Source: the human T2T-CHM13v2.0 reference genome, Homo sapiens. Taken from it: a stretch of 64,000 nucleotides of DNA. Shown piece after piece: positions 16,033-34,218 of this stretch. Positions within the stretch are counted from its first letter, which is position 1; every line of letters begins with the position of its first letter. Position numbers and translations under genes: made by a program. The stretch is from NCBI RefSeq assembly GCF_009914755.1, contig NC_060933.1, one strand, 5' to 3'. A model generated the notes under the pieces. The model made no database searches. It saw nothing but the letters and a program-made list of their open reading frames with translations, and was not told the origin of the DNA.

Positions 16033-16521
16033 ATTTCATAAGAGTTTCACACTATGGGAATAATATAAAAACCAATTCAGTAAAATAAGAGCTAAAATAT
16101 GAGATAAACAGAAAAGATGATTTTTAAGGAAAAAAAATCAAAGACCCAAACAAAATCACAGAGGTAACAGAGAAATCGGAAATATCTGGAAATGGAGAAC
16201 ACAGCTGATAACAAATTACTGACATTGGGAAAAGCTTAGAATAATCATATTGAATGCATAGGAGAAGGACAAAGAGATTAAAGCCATTGGAAGAAACAGA
16301 AAAAATGTATGGGGGGCAAAGGAAACAAGTCAACAGTCCTAGATGAAGAGAATCCAACAAATGAAACAAAGTATTCAAAGCATAATAAAAACCATTTTTT
16401 CTTAAAAGAGAACAGAATATTTTGGTCAAAATAAGCATATTTCATTTTAGAAAAAAATAACAGAATAATTAACGCTAAGGCATATTCTGGATAAGTTTTT
16501 GAAATTGAAGGATAACATATC

Positions 16522-17039
16522 TGTCAAGAGCTGTGAAGAATCTGAGATTTCACCCTACTTGCAAGCTAACAATTTAGCTTGCCACAGATTAATGGATGCT
16601 GATAGAAAACACAAAATTTCTGGGTCAGAGTTAAAGAACTTTATTGCTCACAGCACAGCATGCAGCATGAGTGTCAGAATATTTGCATTGGTTCCCCTTA
16701 TCTCCAAATTTCACAGGGCAACACAATCCATTGGCCCAGGTGGATGCTACACACACAGTGGGTAGGTTTGCATCTCAGATGAGGAGCCCCCAGACAAGGG
16801 TCCGGGACTCCTTCATCAAGCAGGAGACAAGCCGGTCCCCGCCCTCTCTGGGGAGTGAGTACACATCGATAGTGATGTTGTGTTCTCTTTGAACTACTTA
16901 GCTGCCTACACGATTGGCTACAGAAACTGCTTGGTATTAGGGGATGGAGACACCACACCATCTGGCACACTCGGCAAGAATGTACAGAGAGGCTCAGGCT
17001 CCTTGTTGAACCACCCCTCTCAGAAGTAGCCCCCACACA
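16522..17039 (-). mobile_element. Solo ERVL-type LTR (LTR40/41-like) inserted in an old L1 ORF1 remnant
   Basis: tgtcaagagctgtgaagaatctgagatttcaccctacttgcaagctaac terminus; TG...CA ends; minus-strand AATAAA at 16640-16645. Confidence 0.65.
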
Positions 17040-17718
17040 TTGAGGTAGAACAGGAAATAAAAATACATTTAGTCTCAGACTTCTCCACGGCAATGTATGA
17101 TGCTAGTGGGTAAGAAACACTATTACAATTTTTCTCAGGGAAAGAAGATTTTTACTAGCTTAGTTGTGGTTCCCGTGCTACCCAGTAGGTAGATCCTCTA
17201 AGAACCCTGGGCTTATAGTGCCACTGAGGTGGGGGAGTGAGGACTTGACCATGAAAGCCACCCATGAACGAAAATGCTGCAGGAAAGAGATTAATACACA
17301 TTCGGTGCCATGTAATGTAAAACAGTATGTACAGAGGTCAGAAAATAGAGAGTGTCCAATAATTTCCTACCACTATAGTTGTCTGAAGAGTATAAGGGCA
17401 ATGAATAAATATCCCTTAGCATTCAGAAAATAGTTCATCTCATGATTGTTCTGGAAAAAATACAATCAATTGATAATAAATCCAGCCAAGCAAGTAATAA
17501 GTTAAAACAAAGATGATTCATTTTCTATAAACTAATGCTTCAGTAAGGAAACACAGATCTTCAGTACTGACTGTGCCTTTATGGTATGTGTGTTTTCCTG
17601 ATATTCGCCCCAGTCCTAGTACTGCCACTATTCTCTTTCTGGCAAGAACAAGGGCATTTGTCTACCCCTTTATAACCAAAAAAAGTTATTATGAAAATAA
17701 AGCTTTTTCTTGACACTA

Positions 17719-17874
<156 letters not shown>

Positions 17875-18012
17875 TTAAAATTATTCTGATTAACATACGG
17901 GCAAAATTAACTCTGATCTCTTATCTCAATTTGAAACTAACATCATAGAGCTTAACAGAATACTTAACATTTTCAATATTTTGAGAGCACAGAGACTACC
18001 ATGAATCTAAAT

Positions 18013-18336
18013 CAGGGATGGGCAAACATTTTGTGTAAAGGACCATACAGTAAGCTGTGCAGGCCATGCAGCTTCTCACAGCAACTACTTAACTCTGCCA
18101 CCAAGTGTGAAAGCAGCCACAGACACAGGCATGGCTGGGTTGCAATAAAAATTTTTGGATATGAAATCTGAATTTCATACAAGTTTTATATGACATGAAA
18201 TATTCTTTTTATTTTTCAACCTTTTAAAAATGTAAAGAAAACATTCTTAGCTCACTGCCATGCAAAAATAGACTAGTGGTCTGGATTTCACCCAAAGCAA
18301 GAGGTTATTAATTCCTGACCCGTTTGCCAATTCCTG
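18013..18336. mobile_element. MER58-type hAT DNA transposon
   Basis: Inverted termini cagggatgggcaaac ... gtttgccaattcctg. Confidence 0.75.
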
Positions 18337-18667
18337 ATCTAAATGATTACAGAGAAGGGGAAAAATCAAGAAGGTAACTTCCCTTCTAAAATTGTCTTAG
18401 AATAATATCTAAGTGATTATTCTTTACAAATAAAAATAGTAACACTGGATTTAGATATTCATTTTGCAGAATATTAATTTATCATTATTTTTTAAAGTCC
18501 TTTTATGATTACTGGGTATTTCTTTCCTTGTTAACTTTGTAAATGCAAAATGAGTCCCACAGATTCAAAACCAAATACATACTACACCCTTATAAGTAAT
18601 ACATAGACTAATGAGTGTGAAAGTGGTCTGTGAAACACTGCTCCCAGTAGTTCAGGCAACAAACACA

Positions 18668-18985
18668 GGCCGGGCACAGTGGCTCATGCCTGTAATCCCA
18701 ACACTTTAGAAGACTGGGGTGGGCAGATTGCTTGAGCTCTGGAGTTCGAAACCAGCCTGGGCAACATAGTGAGGCCCCGTCTCTACAAAAAATACAAAAA
18801 TTAGCTGGGTGTGATGGTGCACACCTGTAGTCCCAGCTACATGGGAGGCTGAGGTGGGAGGATCCCTTGAGCCTGGGAGGTAGAGGCTGTAGTGAGCCAT
18901 GTGTGCAACACTGCACTCCAGCCTGGGTGGCAAAGTGAGACCCTGTCTCAAAAAATACAAAAAACAAACAAAAAACCCCAAACAC
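18668..18985 (+). mobile_element. AluJ
   Basis: Dimeric Alu with J-type features. Confidence 0.9.
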
Positions 18986-19589
18986 TCAGCGCTCACCTTT
19001 TGTCGAACAGACATTGTCCTGGGAATTGAGGACACAGAGTAAAAAATATATTTTAGTCTCTGCCTTCTGAAAGCACACAGCCTATTGAATACCATGAGTA
19101 TTAATTATGTGACTGGGAAAATAAATGCACACGTCTGTGTCCAATACAAAGAGACCTGGAGGATCCCCTAGGGGAACCTGGGGTCCTGGTCTTAGCTATG
19201 CCACTAATTTTGTCTCTGGCCAAAATAAAGGCATTTGTCTACTCTGCTGCAAAAGTATTTTATTATATATGTGTATGTAACTGTATATGTAATAAATATT
19301 TGGCCAATAATATTGCATATATGCATATATAATAAAATGCTTATATTTATATACTTTTGGTTATATTTTATTACATATATGTCTCAACTGCATGTATATT
19401 CTGATTTACAGACAAAACACTCTTAGTCCAGTTACGGTTAGAAACTCCACAGTATCTAGTAAATACTGTATTTTTTAAATTGCCCAGTTCTCAAACCTTC
19501 TTTTGTATGCATTTGTGGCAAAAGATCACAATAATTGATATTTCATCATTGCAACACTTTTGTATTTTCAGAATAAGGCTTTCTGAATT

Positions 19590-19860
19590 AAAAAAAATTA
19601 AATTGGCATGTCAGAGTTGTACATATACTGGGGGCACATGTGCTATTTTGATACTAGAATACAATGCATAATGATCAAATCAGGGTAATTGGGATATCCA
19701 TCACTTTGAGCAGTTATCCTCTGTGGTGGGAACATTACAATTCTCTTCTGGCTATTTTGAAATATCCAATAAATTACTGTTAACTATAATTTCTCTAGTT
19801 CTATCAAATACTAGAATTTCTTTTACTTAACTCGACTTTTGTACCCATTAATCAACTTCT
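19590..19860 (-). mobile_element. L1MA-type 3' end fragment
   Basis: aatgatcaaatcagggtaattgggatatccatcac; homologous to 4975-5205. Confidence 0.7.
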
Positions 19861-20885
19861 TTTATAAAAGACTAGGTATCAAACTTTCAAATTGGAAAAT
19901 ATAAAACTAAAATAAAATGGCTATATTATTTAAGATTATTCCCTGAAAAAATACACTTAATGGTAAAGAAAGCTTATTTCTAAAATTCAGACTAAAACCC
20001 TGTTGCTTTACCTAGTTAAGATTCTGTTATTCATTTTAATGCAAAGAACAGAATATTGATTATCTAAAGGCATCACCATTCAGCTTTAGAGTGGACTGAT
20101 GGTAGACAAGCTAGAAATATGTCTCCTGCTGAATGAGGTAGGTCTAGGAAATTTTTTATTAATGTGGTAGCCATTAAAAATTACCATTTCCAATTCTGTG
20201 ATCATCATTTTAGCAAGATAGTCTAGTAGAGAAAATGCAATTTAATTATTTATGGAGGATGCTTGTATTTTAAAAGATCTATTTCACGGGAGCTCCAAGT
20301 TTCATTCCATTTTCAATACTGACTGTGCAAAATATTGAGAATGTGTAAATGAAATCCACATTTCAGTTTAATTAGGGCAGATACTATAATAAAGTCTTGT
20401 TTTTTCATTGTTTTGGAAAGTCTGGTGTTTTCATTCTGAGCATAAAGATAGCCAGTGTTTTTCACCAGTTTCTTATTGTTACAGGCAGATTCCCAACCTT
20501 TGGAAATCAAAATAGAATACTCAGGATTTGTAATAGTTATCAGACTTCCTCAAAACTTCCTAATTAATAGGGACATCTCATTTTTCTTTTCTCCCTATTA
20601 TTTTCTAAAGCTTATACTATAGTCTACACTTGGAAATAGTGCTTTCATAGGTACCATAATCTCTTGGAGCAGTATTAAAAATTCAGTAAGAGAACTTTCA
20701 AAGACTTTTTGCTTTTATTTTATATTTTATTAAAATTTTTATTTATTAGAAATTCCTACGGTTCTGGAAATTGTACTTTCCTAGGAAGTGTGAAAACTTC
20801 TAAAAGCTACTACTTATTATTTGCCAGGGAACTTTATTTAAGGCAAAGTAGAGCCATAAGTTTGGGAGGTTGCAAAGAAAGCTAA

Positions 20886-21224
<339 letters not shown>

Positions 21225-21577
21225 CAACTGTTAATGATTATTTTGGGGGAGTAGGTCAGCAATAATAAAATCATTATGATCCACATCTAACCCACTTAAA
21301 AAATTTCTAGATTCTCAGTTTCTGTTTAATTGCCTATCTTCTGGCCAGTTCAACCTGCATTAATTACTACAGCAATACAGTATGTCTTGACAGCTAACAG
21401 AACTAGTTTCTTCACTTTATTTTTCATCTTAAAAATTATCTTGCTTATCCTTTCATCCTTAATTTCCATATGAATTTTAAAACCAGGTTGCTGCAATCCA
21501 CACAAGTAAAAACACTTGGCATTTTTTGGAATTTTGTTAAAATTACAGACTAATTTGAGGAGAATGTCAACTTTAAA

Positions 21578-21797
21578 AGAGGGTATCTCAACAGCAGCGT
21601 TACTGATATTTTGGGCTAATTTTTTTTTGTCATGGGGGGGGCTGTCCTGTGCACTGTAGGATGCTCAGCAGCACCCTGATTTCTAATTAATAGACACTAA
21701 TATAAACAACCTTCCTCTCTGTGTGATGACAAAAATGTCTTCACACAATGCCAAATGTCCCAAGAGTCGAAATCACCCCCGATTGAGAACTACTGCT
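21578..21797. mobile_element. MER20 DNA transposon
   Basis: ggggctgtcctgtgcactgtaggatg...caaaaatgtcttcacacaatgccaaatgtccc...ttgagaactactg. Confidence 0.8.
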
Positions 21798-22355
21798 TTA
21801 AGATACTGAGTCATACTATCCACGACAGTAGTGAGTCAATCCATTTATTTGGCTGTCCTTAATTCTCTTGAATAAGTTTTGTAATTTTTTCCATAAAAGT
21901 ACTGCAGTTATTCCACAGAACTTTACATTTTTGTTAATATTGCAAATAAAATTTTTCTAGGTGTGTAATGGTAATTATTTTACGATTTTATAGAAATTCA
22001 AGTAATTCCTCAATACTGACTGACCATAAATTCAGCAAACTTACTGAACTCTCATTTTTCCTGATATTTCTTTATATTATTTTGGATTTTCTATGTAGGC
22101 AATCATATTATCTACAATATCTGCCAGGTTTGTTTCTTTTCCAAACTTTTCATCACTTACATCTATTTTATTTCCTCTTGTGTCTTTAACTGACACATGC
22201 ATGAGCTTTTAAAAGTTATATATTCATTATTGATTACAGTTAAGAATATAGTTTCCATCATGACAATTCCGTAAAATTTGTTAAGATTCCATCCATTTAC
22301 AAAATTTTTTATACTTATTCAACAATAATGTATAATACATTCTATAAAGAAATAA

Positions 22356-22947
<592 letters not shown>

Positions 22948-24430
22948 ACTTCTTTATATATTTTAAACAATCTGATGATACACACAAGTGTAGTGAGATC
23001 TTTCTAGTGAGTTTATCTCAGCATTAGATAGAGTTCAAGTTTATCCCTAACAATGCTTTTCATCTTTGTCTGACATAATACAGCTATATCTGCTTTCTTT
23101 TGATTTGTATTTACTTGGTAAATATTTTCTATTCTTTTAGTTTCAACTTCACCGAGTGCTTATATTTTATCTTTTGTAAACAAGCTATAGCTTCTTTAAA
23201 AATCCAATATGATAAAATCTAATATCTGGTTTTTAAATGAACAGAGTTTACTCGTATTTATTATGATTATTTGTACACTAGTATGCATTTAAACCATCTT
23301 ATTTTATGCTTTTTATTTGTGGTTACTTTTAAAGACTCTAAGATAATCACACAAAAGTCCTATTTAAATTCTTAAGTAAAATAATATTACAGTTACATGT
23401 GTCATCATTATATTAGCAAAACAACTTGTGGATTTTTGCAGACAGCTGAATTATATGTTATATGTATATTTTAGAGAATATATTGGTCTATTTGAACATA
23501 GTCCACTATACATTTATACACATATATTGACTTGCAGCATAGTTCAATATTTTAAATCATTATAGTGCCTTTTAAATATATGTTTTTATAATAAATCTTT
23601 GGCATGTTATAGTTATTTGATAGAATATTCTTACTGTGCCTGAGGAACTGTCTGATCATAAACTTTTTTTTAAGTAATATGCTTAGACGAGTTGCTGATT
23701 ACAGGGACAACTTATGGAAAAATGGCGATGGTTTATATTAACAATACTGCCTGCCCCATTAACGGACATATGCCTGAAGAGACTTAAAATAGCTTTCACT
23801 TTACTTTCATTCCCAAATACTATTTTTATTATAAACTTTCCACCAGGAAAACTTTACTAAGCACACCTCAGTAATAGAAAATAAGTAATAAAGACTAAGA
23901 TTTATGTTCTTATGTCTACACCTTAATCTAAATTATTACAATTATAAATCTTTTCATTTCATGAGACTGGTAAATTCCATTTTTATAAACTGAAAAATCA
24001 ATTTTATTTGAAAAATTAAAATAGAAATTGTAATTTCCCACCCCCATACACACCCCCACATTTACAAAACAATCTACAAGAGTTGGGTTAGGATTTCAGA
24101 ATGCTTGTGGTCTTACTGTTGGATAGACCTGTCTACTGGAAGCTGCAAAGTAAATAAAATAAGGTTAAAAAGCAAATGACTCCACAATGCTCCCTTCTGA
24201 ATGTAGGAGGGGAGTTAATTTTTAAAACCTGCTTCTCTCCTGAATTTTTTTCCAAATGAAAGCCCAGGGCTTCTGTCACACCAGTGCAGTCCTTGACGGT
24301 GCTGAAGTGACATGGCTAAGGGTATCAGAGGACCTGCACCCACCTCAGTTCCTCCCATCCCCTCCTCAAACTCAGTTCATGGGAGGGTCACTCAATACAG
24401 GTGGCTCCAAGTGATACGTTCCTCTGGTTA

Positions 24431-24757
<327 letters not shown>

Positions 24758-25539
24758 CTAGCATATATGCCATTCTGGCTTTCTTGTAATAACCTGCCAA
24801 TGCTCTCCTTTCTGACCTGTAGAGAATGGGGGTGGGGACAGACCAATGAGCTGGAGGTCTTCTGAACAGCCAGGAGCTGGAGGGCTGGAGCCCTCACAGG
24901 CAGGAGCCCCTTGTGGAATGGAGGAAATGAAAACCTCTAGGATTGTTAAAGATGTCCGTCAAAAGATTTGAAGGTCGCTGTTTGTCTCATTAGAGCCCAA
25001 AGCTAACACACATCATCACATTATCATACCAGACACTTTAAAATGTACATCATACAAAATATGGTACAAAACCATTTTAACTGACGGCAAATTACTTCAG
25101 ACCTGAAACTTACTGGTGGCCAGATTTGAAACTATGGATCAGATCTGTTCCTGTTACTCACTGCACTAAAACTGCATTCATTTTTAAGTAAGAGAAAGTT
25201 GTATTAAGATTGCATATCAAAATATTCAAAAAGAGTGTCTCATAAATCTGTATGATCATTTTGTAATTTTGAACTTGAGGAAGATTAAAAATAATATCCA
25301 TGTAAATGTATAGTATGTATTCTATAGAAAGCTCCAGTAGATTCAAGTGAGTTTTCCCAACTTCACAATATTTTTTAAAGTGATGCAAAGTAGACTTTTT
25401 ATGCCAAATAAATAAGTGGACTACCATGCAGGCCAAACAACTCAATTTTTAGGAATCAAATTACTGCTTAGATTAGCTATTTTATGTCCAAATCAATTAT
25501 ACTGACACCTGGAATGACCATTACGTTTTTTATTTATTA

Positions 25540-25911
<372 letters not shown>

Positions 25912-26681
25912 TGACAATGCTTTTTAAGTTGCTGACATGAACCCAAAGGTTGAAAACATTTACATATTACAAATAAAAAAAAAGAAAACCAATATGCATT
26001 TCAAGAATAACCTCAAAAAGAACTTCTGAAAAAGAGGCATTGCAATCTACATGAGAAAATTGTTTCTGCTCAAAAGAAAGCTTACAAAATAATTTTCAAA
26101 TTCCGGAAATTCTATGTTAGTTGTTTCAAAGTATGGTCTACAGAACAGTTGGTGCTTGAAGCTTTGCTATTGCACTGAAGATTTCAATGAGTGTGGGAAA
26201 TTGTTGCTTCTAAAAAATAAACACAGTCCTTTTATGCAGGACCTCTCAGAGTTTCTTGTGTTAATGTTAATTTCTAAAAGAAAGACAGAATATGCAGCAT
26301 TATATCCCAAATCAATTTAAGACAAAGATTTGGAGGAATTTGCTTTTTGAATTGCCACATGAATACTACGTTAATTAATTAACTAAACTTCGCAGAGAAT
26401 GATATTTGATTTCCAGTGAGTGGAAAACTTAACAGCTGCTTCTCTTTTACGAAAAATAAAAAACACATTATATAGTATTCACAATGAATTAGTAAATCTT
26501 TGGTCATAAAATTTAATCCTTAGATTAACTGATCATATTTCATCAAAACTTGTATTTCAGCTTGCTTGAACATACTTTAATCTAGTTACCTTATTGTACC
26601 AGCTTGTCTGACATTTAATTAACTATGCATAATTAAAGAATAAAAACCACATTTTTGTGCAGGGAAATCATGTGGAAATCA

Positions 26682-26909
<228 letters not shown>

Positions 26910-28976
26910 TTACTCCCAGGTGTAAAGTGTATGTGTGAGAGGCAGAGAGAGAGAAAATGAAACTATACTTAAACACTTGTATTTTACCTCTGAAACGTTT
27001 CTTTAAGCCTAACCAATGTTTTTCCCCCAATATTTCAATATCTAGGCTTAAATGATTCCATCTATTTTTCTTCTATTAGAAATCAGTCAGTTGCACGTGA
27101 TACATACTTTCTATAGAAATAACATTCAAAAAAATTCACCATTAAAATTAATACCAGGGTAATTTGCACACTAAAGATAAAATCTATTTGAAATTATGAA
27201 ATGTTCATTGAGAAAGTTTAATATTATACAAAGACATTGATTTATCTCATCCCATCTTTTTGCTAACTACCTGTATATTACACATTTGGAAAGATATGGT
27301 ATTCTCTGTCAGTACTTACTAATTTTTGGAGGTATTTGTTTTTATTGCATTGGATGTCCTGACTCTTTATTTGGAGGTTAAGGAATGACATTGATAGGCT
27401 TTTCTCATCTCTGAGGTTAGAAATTTCTCATGCGAAGAAACAAAGTGCCCTGGGTCAACTACAGCTCTGACGAGTGCGCCTCCTTCTCAGCACTGACAAT
27501 GATTAAATGATAGAGTCAGACACTAACTCAGATCTATAGAACTGCATATTAGGACAAGGGATGCTGCCAGGGGTTGGGAGTGAAGATTGGGGTGATGGAC
27601 TGACAGCACATCACAGTAAAGTTAGGATAATTTAAAAAGCAGGTGTCAGGCCACCTATCTTAAAAAAGGAAAGGGGTCAGAGGCCACAAGTTGCAGTCAT
27701 CACAGATTAGGCCATGAGGAAAATGAAATTGGATTAACTCAACCAGTTTTTTAAACATGCTTGATCATGTGGTGCTGTTTTTCAAATTTCAATAGGTTGT
27801 TACCATTGGAATATGAATCGAGATCTGGAACTTAACTTCTACCTTACTGCTTATTACAACTCAATTATAACTCATTCATAGATAAGATCTCTGCATTCAT
27901 TACCACCACCACTATCTATCACCTGCCCCTCTGCCAAAAAACAAAAAAAACAACGAAAAAAAGGCAATCTGGGAAAATTTAAAGAGGGATTAGTACCAGG
28001 AATCTTTTAAAAATGTGCTAAAAGCTTGTCACTACAACGTAAAAGATATTTTTAAAAATTAATACACTCTTCTCGGAATGCCACTTTAAAAGTTACCGAC
28101 TTCACCATTAAACTGTCGCAGATTAAAGAGCAAAACACTCATTATATCCTAATGTACAAGTGTAAATTTACATCTAAATCTCCCATATTCCCCATAAAGT
28201 AGTAAAAATGTATTTTTTTAGAAACAGTAACAAAAAGATGTAAGTGGGTGAACTTCTAGACTGATAAAAGATCTTGTAGACTTGTCTATCCCTGCTATTT
28301 CCACCAAGTATAATGATAGATTCTGGAAATAATACAGAAGACAACCGAAGAGAATTCTGAAAAGTAGAAAGAGGAAGCTTAGGACCCCAGGACTGGAACA
28401 TACAATAACATAACGTTTTAAAAAAACTCTGAATGGGCTCAAGAATAGAGTGAAAAGACACAGGACAGAATCACTGAACTTGAGGACCCACCAATAGGCT
28501 TTATCTAACCTGACCAAAAAAGAGAAAACAGACGGAATATAAAAAGAACTGAGCCATAGGGTCCTATCAGACAATATCATCCGAATCTCAAAAAGAGAGA
28601 ACAAAGTGTGCTGAAAGAGTACTGAAAAAATACTGGCTGTAAACTTCCCACATGTGGTGAAAGATACAAACCCACAGATTTAGGAAGTTAAGTCCAAAAA
28701 AGGATAAACCCAAAAATATCGACACCAAGATCCATCATAATTGAACTTTTTGGAAACAAAACAAAACAAATCTTGAAAGCAGCCTGAGAGAATAACACAT
28801 TACCTGCCTGTAAAAGAACCCTAATTTGAATGATAGTAGATTACTCATCTGAAATTACAGAACCAGAAGGAATGGCATATTTTTTTTCAGGGCTGATAGA
28901 AAAGAATTGTCAACTATAAATTATATATCCAGAGAAACTATCCTTCAAGAATAAAAATGGAAATAAAATCTTTTTA

Positions 28977-29276
28977 GGCCGGGTGCGGTGGCTCACGCCT
29001 GTAATCCCAGCACTTTCGGAGGCCGAGGTGGGCGGATCACGAGGTCAGATCGAGACCATCCTGGCTAACACGGTGAAACCCCGTCTCTACTAAAAATACA
29101 AAAAATAGACGAGCGTAGCGGCGGGAGCCTGTAGTCCCAGCTACTCAGGAGGCTGAGGCAGGAGAATGGCGTGAACCCGGGAGGCGGAGCCTGCAGTGAG
29201 CCGAGATTGTGCCACTGCACTCCAGCCAGGGCGACAGAGTGAGACTCCATCTCCAAAACAATAACAACAACAATAA
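28977..29276 (+). mobile_element. AluY
   Basis: CpG-rich Alu; TSD-like aataaaatcttttta/aataaaccttttta. Confidence 0.93.
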
Positions 29277-30632
29277 ACCTTTTTAACACAAAAGAAAACT
29301 AAAATAATTTGTCGCTAGCAGACATTCCCTAAAGAATGGCTAAAGGAGGTTTTTCAAAAAGAAATTATAACGAAGGATTCTTGGAACATCAGGAAAAAAA
29401 TGAAAAGAGAAGAAATATGGATAAATATAATAGACTATCCTTATCAATTTTTGAAATGATATATGATAATTGACACAAAAACTGTAATACCATATGATAC
29501 TCAAGACAATGATATTTAGAAGTGGGGAAGATAAAGGACCCAAATAGACATAAGGATTCCATATTTCATTATGAGAGTGAAGATATTTAAGTTGACTGTG
29601 GTAAGTCACATATGTACACTATAATACCAAGCAACGAGTAAGAAAATTATAAAAATTACCTTAAATGTAAATGGTTAAAATATAACAAAAGTTAGATGCT
29701 GGCAGAATCAACTGAAAAAAAAATAACACAACGAGAAATTTATAAGAAACTCACTTCAAAATAAACATAGGCAGGTTAAAAGTAAAAGGATGGAAAAAAT
29801 ACACTCTGCAAAAATTAAATTTGAAAGAAAGCAGAATGGCTATCTCATAAAATAGACTTCAGAACAAAAATACTAGAACAGGGACATTACATAATGATTT
29901 AAAAAAAAATCACCAGGAAGACATAAATGCATATGCAAGAAACAATACACCCTTAAAAAAATGAGGCAAAAATTGAGACTTCTGGTTTCCAATCTGATAT
30001 GACGTTAAGAGTCTGGAAGTCATCGCTCCCATTCTCACAACAAGAAAAAAGCTGCACTAACTAAAAATAAACAGTTCTTCTTACACAGTTAAAGTCATAG
30101 GGCAAACATTACTCCTAAAGCTGCAGAGACAACTGAAAACAGCATCACGGCTAATGGTGCCAAAGCAGATGGTGGAGTCTGGTAAAAGCACTTAAAATGT
30201 AACTGACTAATTGATGGATACTGAGCAAGGACAAGCTACAGAGATTGAAAACTCCTAGAGTGGGGGATACGCCTTAGAGGGTCAACACACCTTCAAGAGT
30301 TTTATCTCCAGGAAGAGCCCCATCAAGTTCTCAGAATAAAGATAGGAAAAAAACGCTCTTATGTCTCCAGCAGGGGGAGGGAAGGAGAAAACATTTTTGA
30401 AATAAGCGCTGAACATTATGTTCTCCTTAACAACATTCTAATCCCCCAAAAAGCTAGTTTACTAGAGCCTAAACCACCTAGGGGAATGGAAATACCCAGA
30501 ACCAGCCCCCTCTACCCTTCTTTTCTTACCCAAGGGAAGGGGAAGGAAGCTGAGAAGCACTCTGAAGGTCACAGTCCAGGAAGACAGGTTCTCTAAAAGA
30601 CTGACCTAATCCTAAGAGTACAGGATGCTTCT

Positions 30633-31085
<453 letters not shown>

Positions 31086-31781
31086 GAGTATAGGATGCTT
31101 CTCCTCTCCCCGCACCTTATCATCAATCAGATCAGTACATTACCTGTATAGTAACAGGAGATTAAAAATGAAAGAGCTGTCAATTTTAGACCCTATTTAA
31201 GACAGAGTCTCTGGGAAAACTCAAAACGGAAGAAAGAAAAATAAAATAACCTTAGAGGAAATTTTGGCCTCTGACACCACAGTTATGCAAAGAGCAAATT
31301 CAGCCTAACTACTAACCAGATAAACATAAAACCTTACATTAAAGGCTTCCTTACCTCAGTTCCTTTGCCAATACAACATGTCTGGCTTTCAACAGAAAAT
31401 TGCAAGGTATGCTAAAGCCAAACAATACAGTCTTATGAGACGAATCAAGCAAACATGCAGATATGACAGATTTGGAAATATCAGATAAGGAATTTGAAAT
31501 AATAATCAATATGCTAAGGGCTCTATGTTGAAAAAGTGGGCAACATGCAAGAAGAGATAGGTACTATAAACAAAGATATGAAATCTCAAAATCAGAAGGA
31601 AATACAGAGATTAAAAGTAAACATTGTAGAGTGTCTTTGATGGCCTCATCAAAGTCTGGGAAGACTGGGAAGTGCTGAGGAAAGAATCAGTGAGTTTGAA
31701 GATACGTCAATGAAAATTTTCCATTAAACACAAAGAGAAAAAGAATGAAAAATGAAACATAATATCCAAACTGTTGGACAA

Positions 31782-32093
<312 letters not shown>

Positions 32094-33093
32094 CTGTTGG
32101 ATAAATTCAAACGGTGTAACCTATGTAACCCATAATCGGAATACCAGAAGTAGAAGGAAGAGAGTGAGAACCAGAAGAAATATTTAAAATAATGACAGTT
32201 GAGAATGTTTCAAAATTAATGACAGACATGAAACCATAGGTTCAGGAATCTCAGCAATCACCAAGCAGGTTAAATACAAAAAAAACCACACCTAGGCATC
32301 TCATATTCAAATTGCAAAAAATTGAAGACTTTCTTAAAATTAAAATAAAATCTTTTAAAAATAAAATCTCGAAATAAACCAGAGTAAAATAAAACACCTT
32401 ACCTACATAGGAGCAAGAATGAGAATTATGCCAGATTTCCCTTAAGAAACCATGCAAGCAAGAAGAAAGTGAAGTGAAATATTTAAACTGTTGAGAGAAA
32501 ACACACACTAATATAAAATTCTATATCCAGTAAAATTATCCTAAATAGTAAAGTAGAAATAAAGACTTAGATAAACAGAATTGAGGAAATCTTTCTCCAG
32601 TAGACCTACCTTGCAAGCCATGTTAATAGAAGTTCCTCAGAGAAAAGAAAAACAATATAGGTCAAAAACACAGAAATACATAAAGAAAGGTAGGAGCATT
32701 AGAGAAGAAAAAAATTAAAATAAAATCTAGTGTCTTCTTCTTAATTGATGTAATAGGTAACAGCTCTAAATAATACTAACAATGTATTGGGTGATTATGG
32801 CTTATGAATAAGTAAAATGAATGATAATAATGTAATACAAAATAAGACAGAAGGATTGGAAATGCTGTGTTATAAAGTACCAGCACCATTAATGAAGTGG
32901 AATAGTGTTATTTGAAAGTAGATTGTTATAGTGTATATTTTATACTCAAAGGCTACCACTAAAACAATTACCAAGAAATGTAATTAATATTCTAGGAGAA
33001 GTGAGGATATGGAATCATATAAAATGCTCAATTAAAACAAAAAATGTGAGAGGGGAATTCAGGAAAAAAAGAAGAAACAAGGGCAACAAATAA

Positions 33094-34218
<1,125 letters not shown>

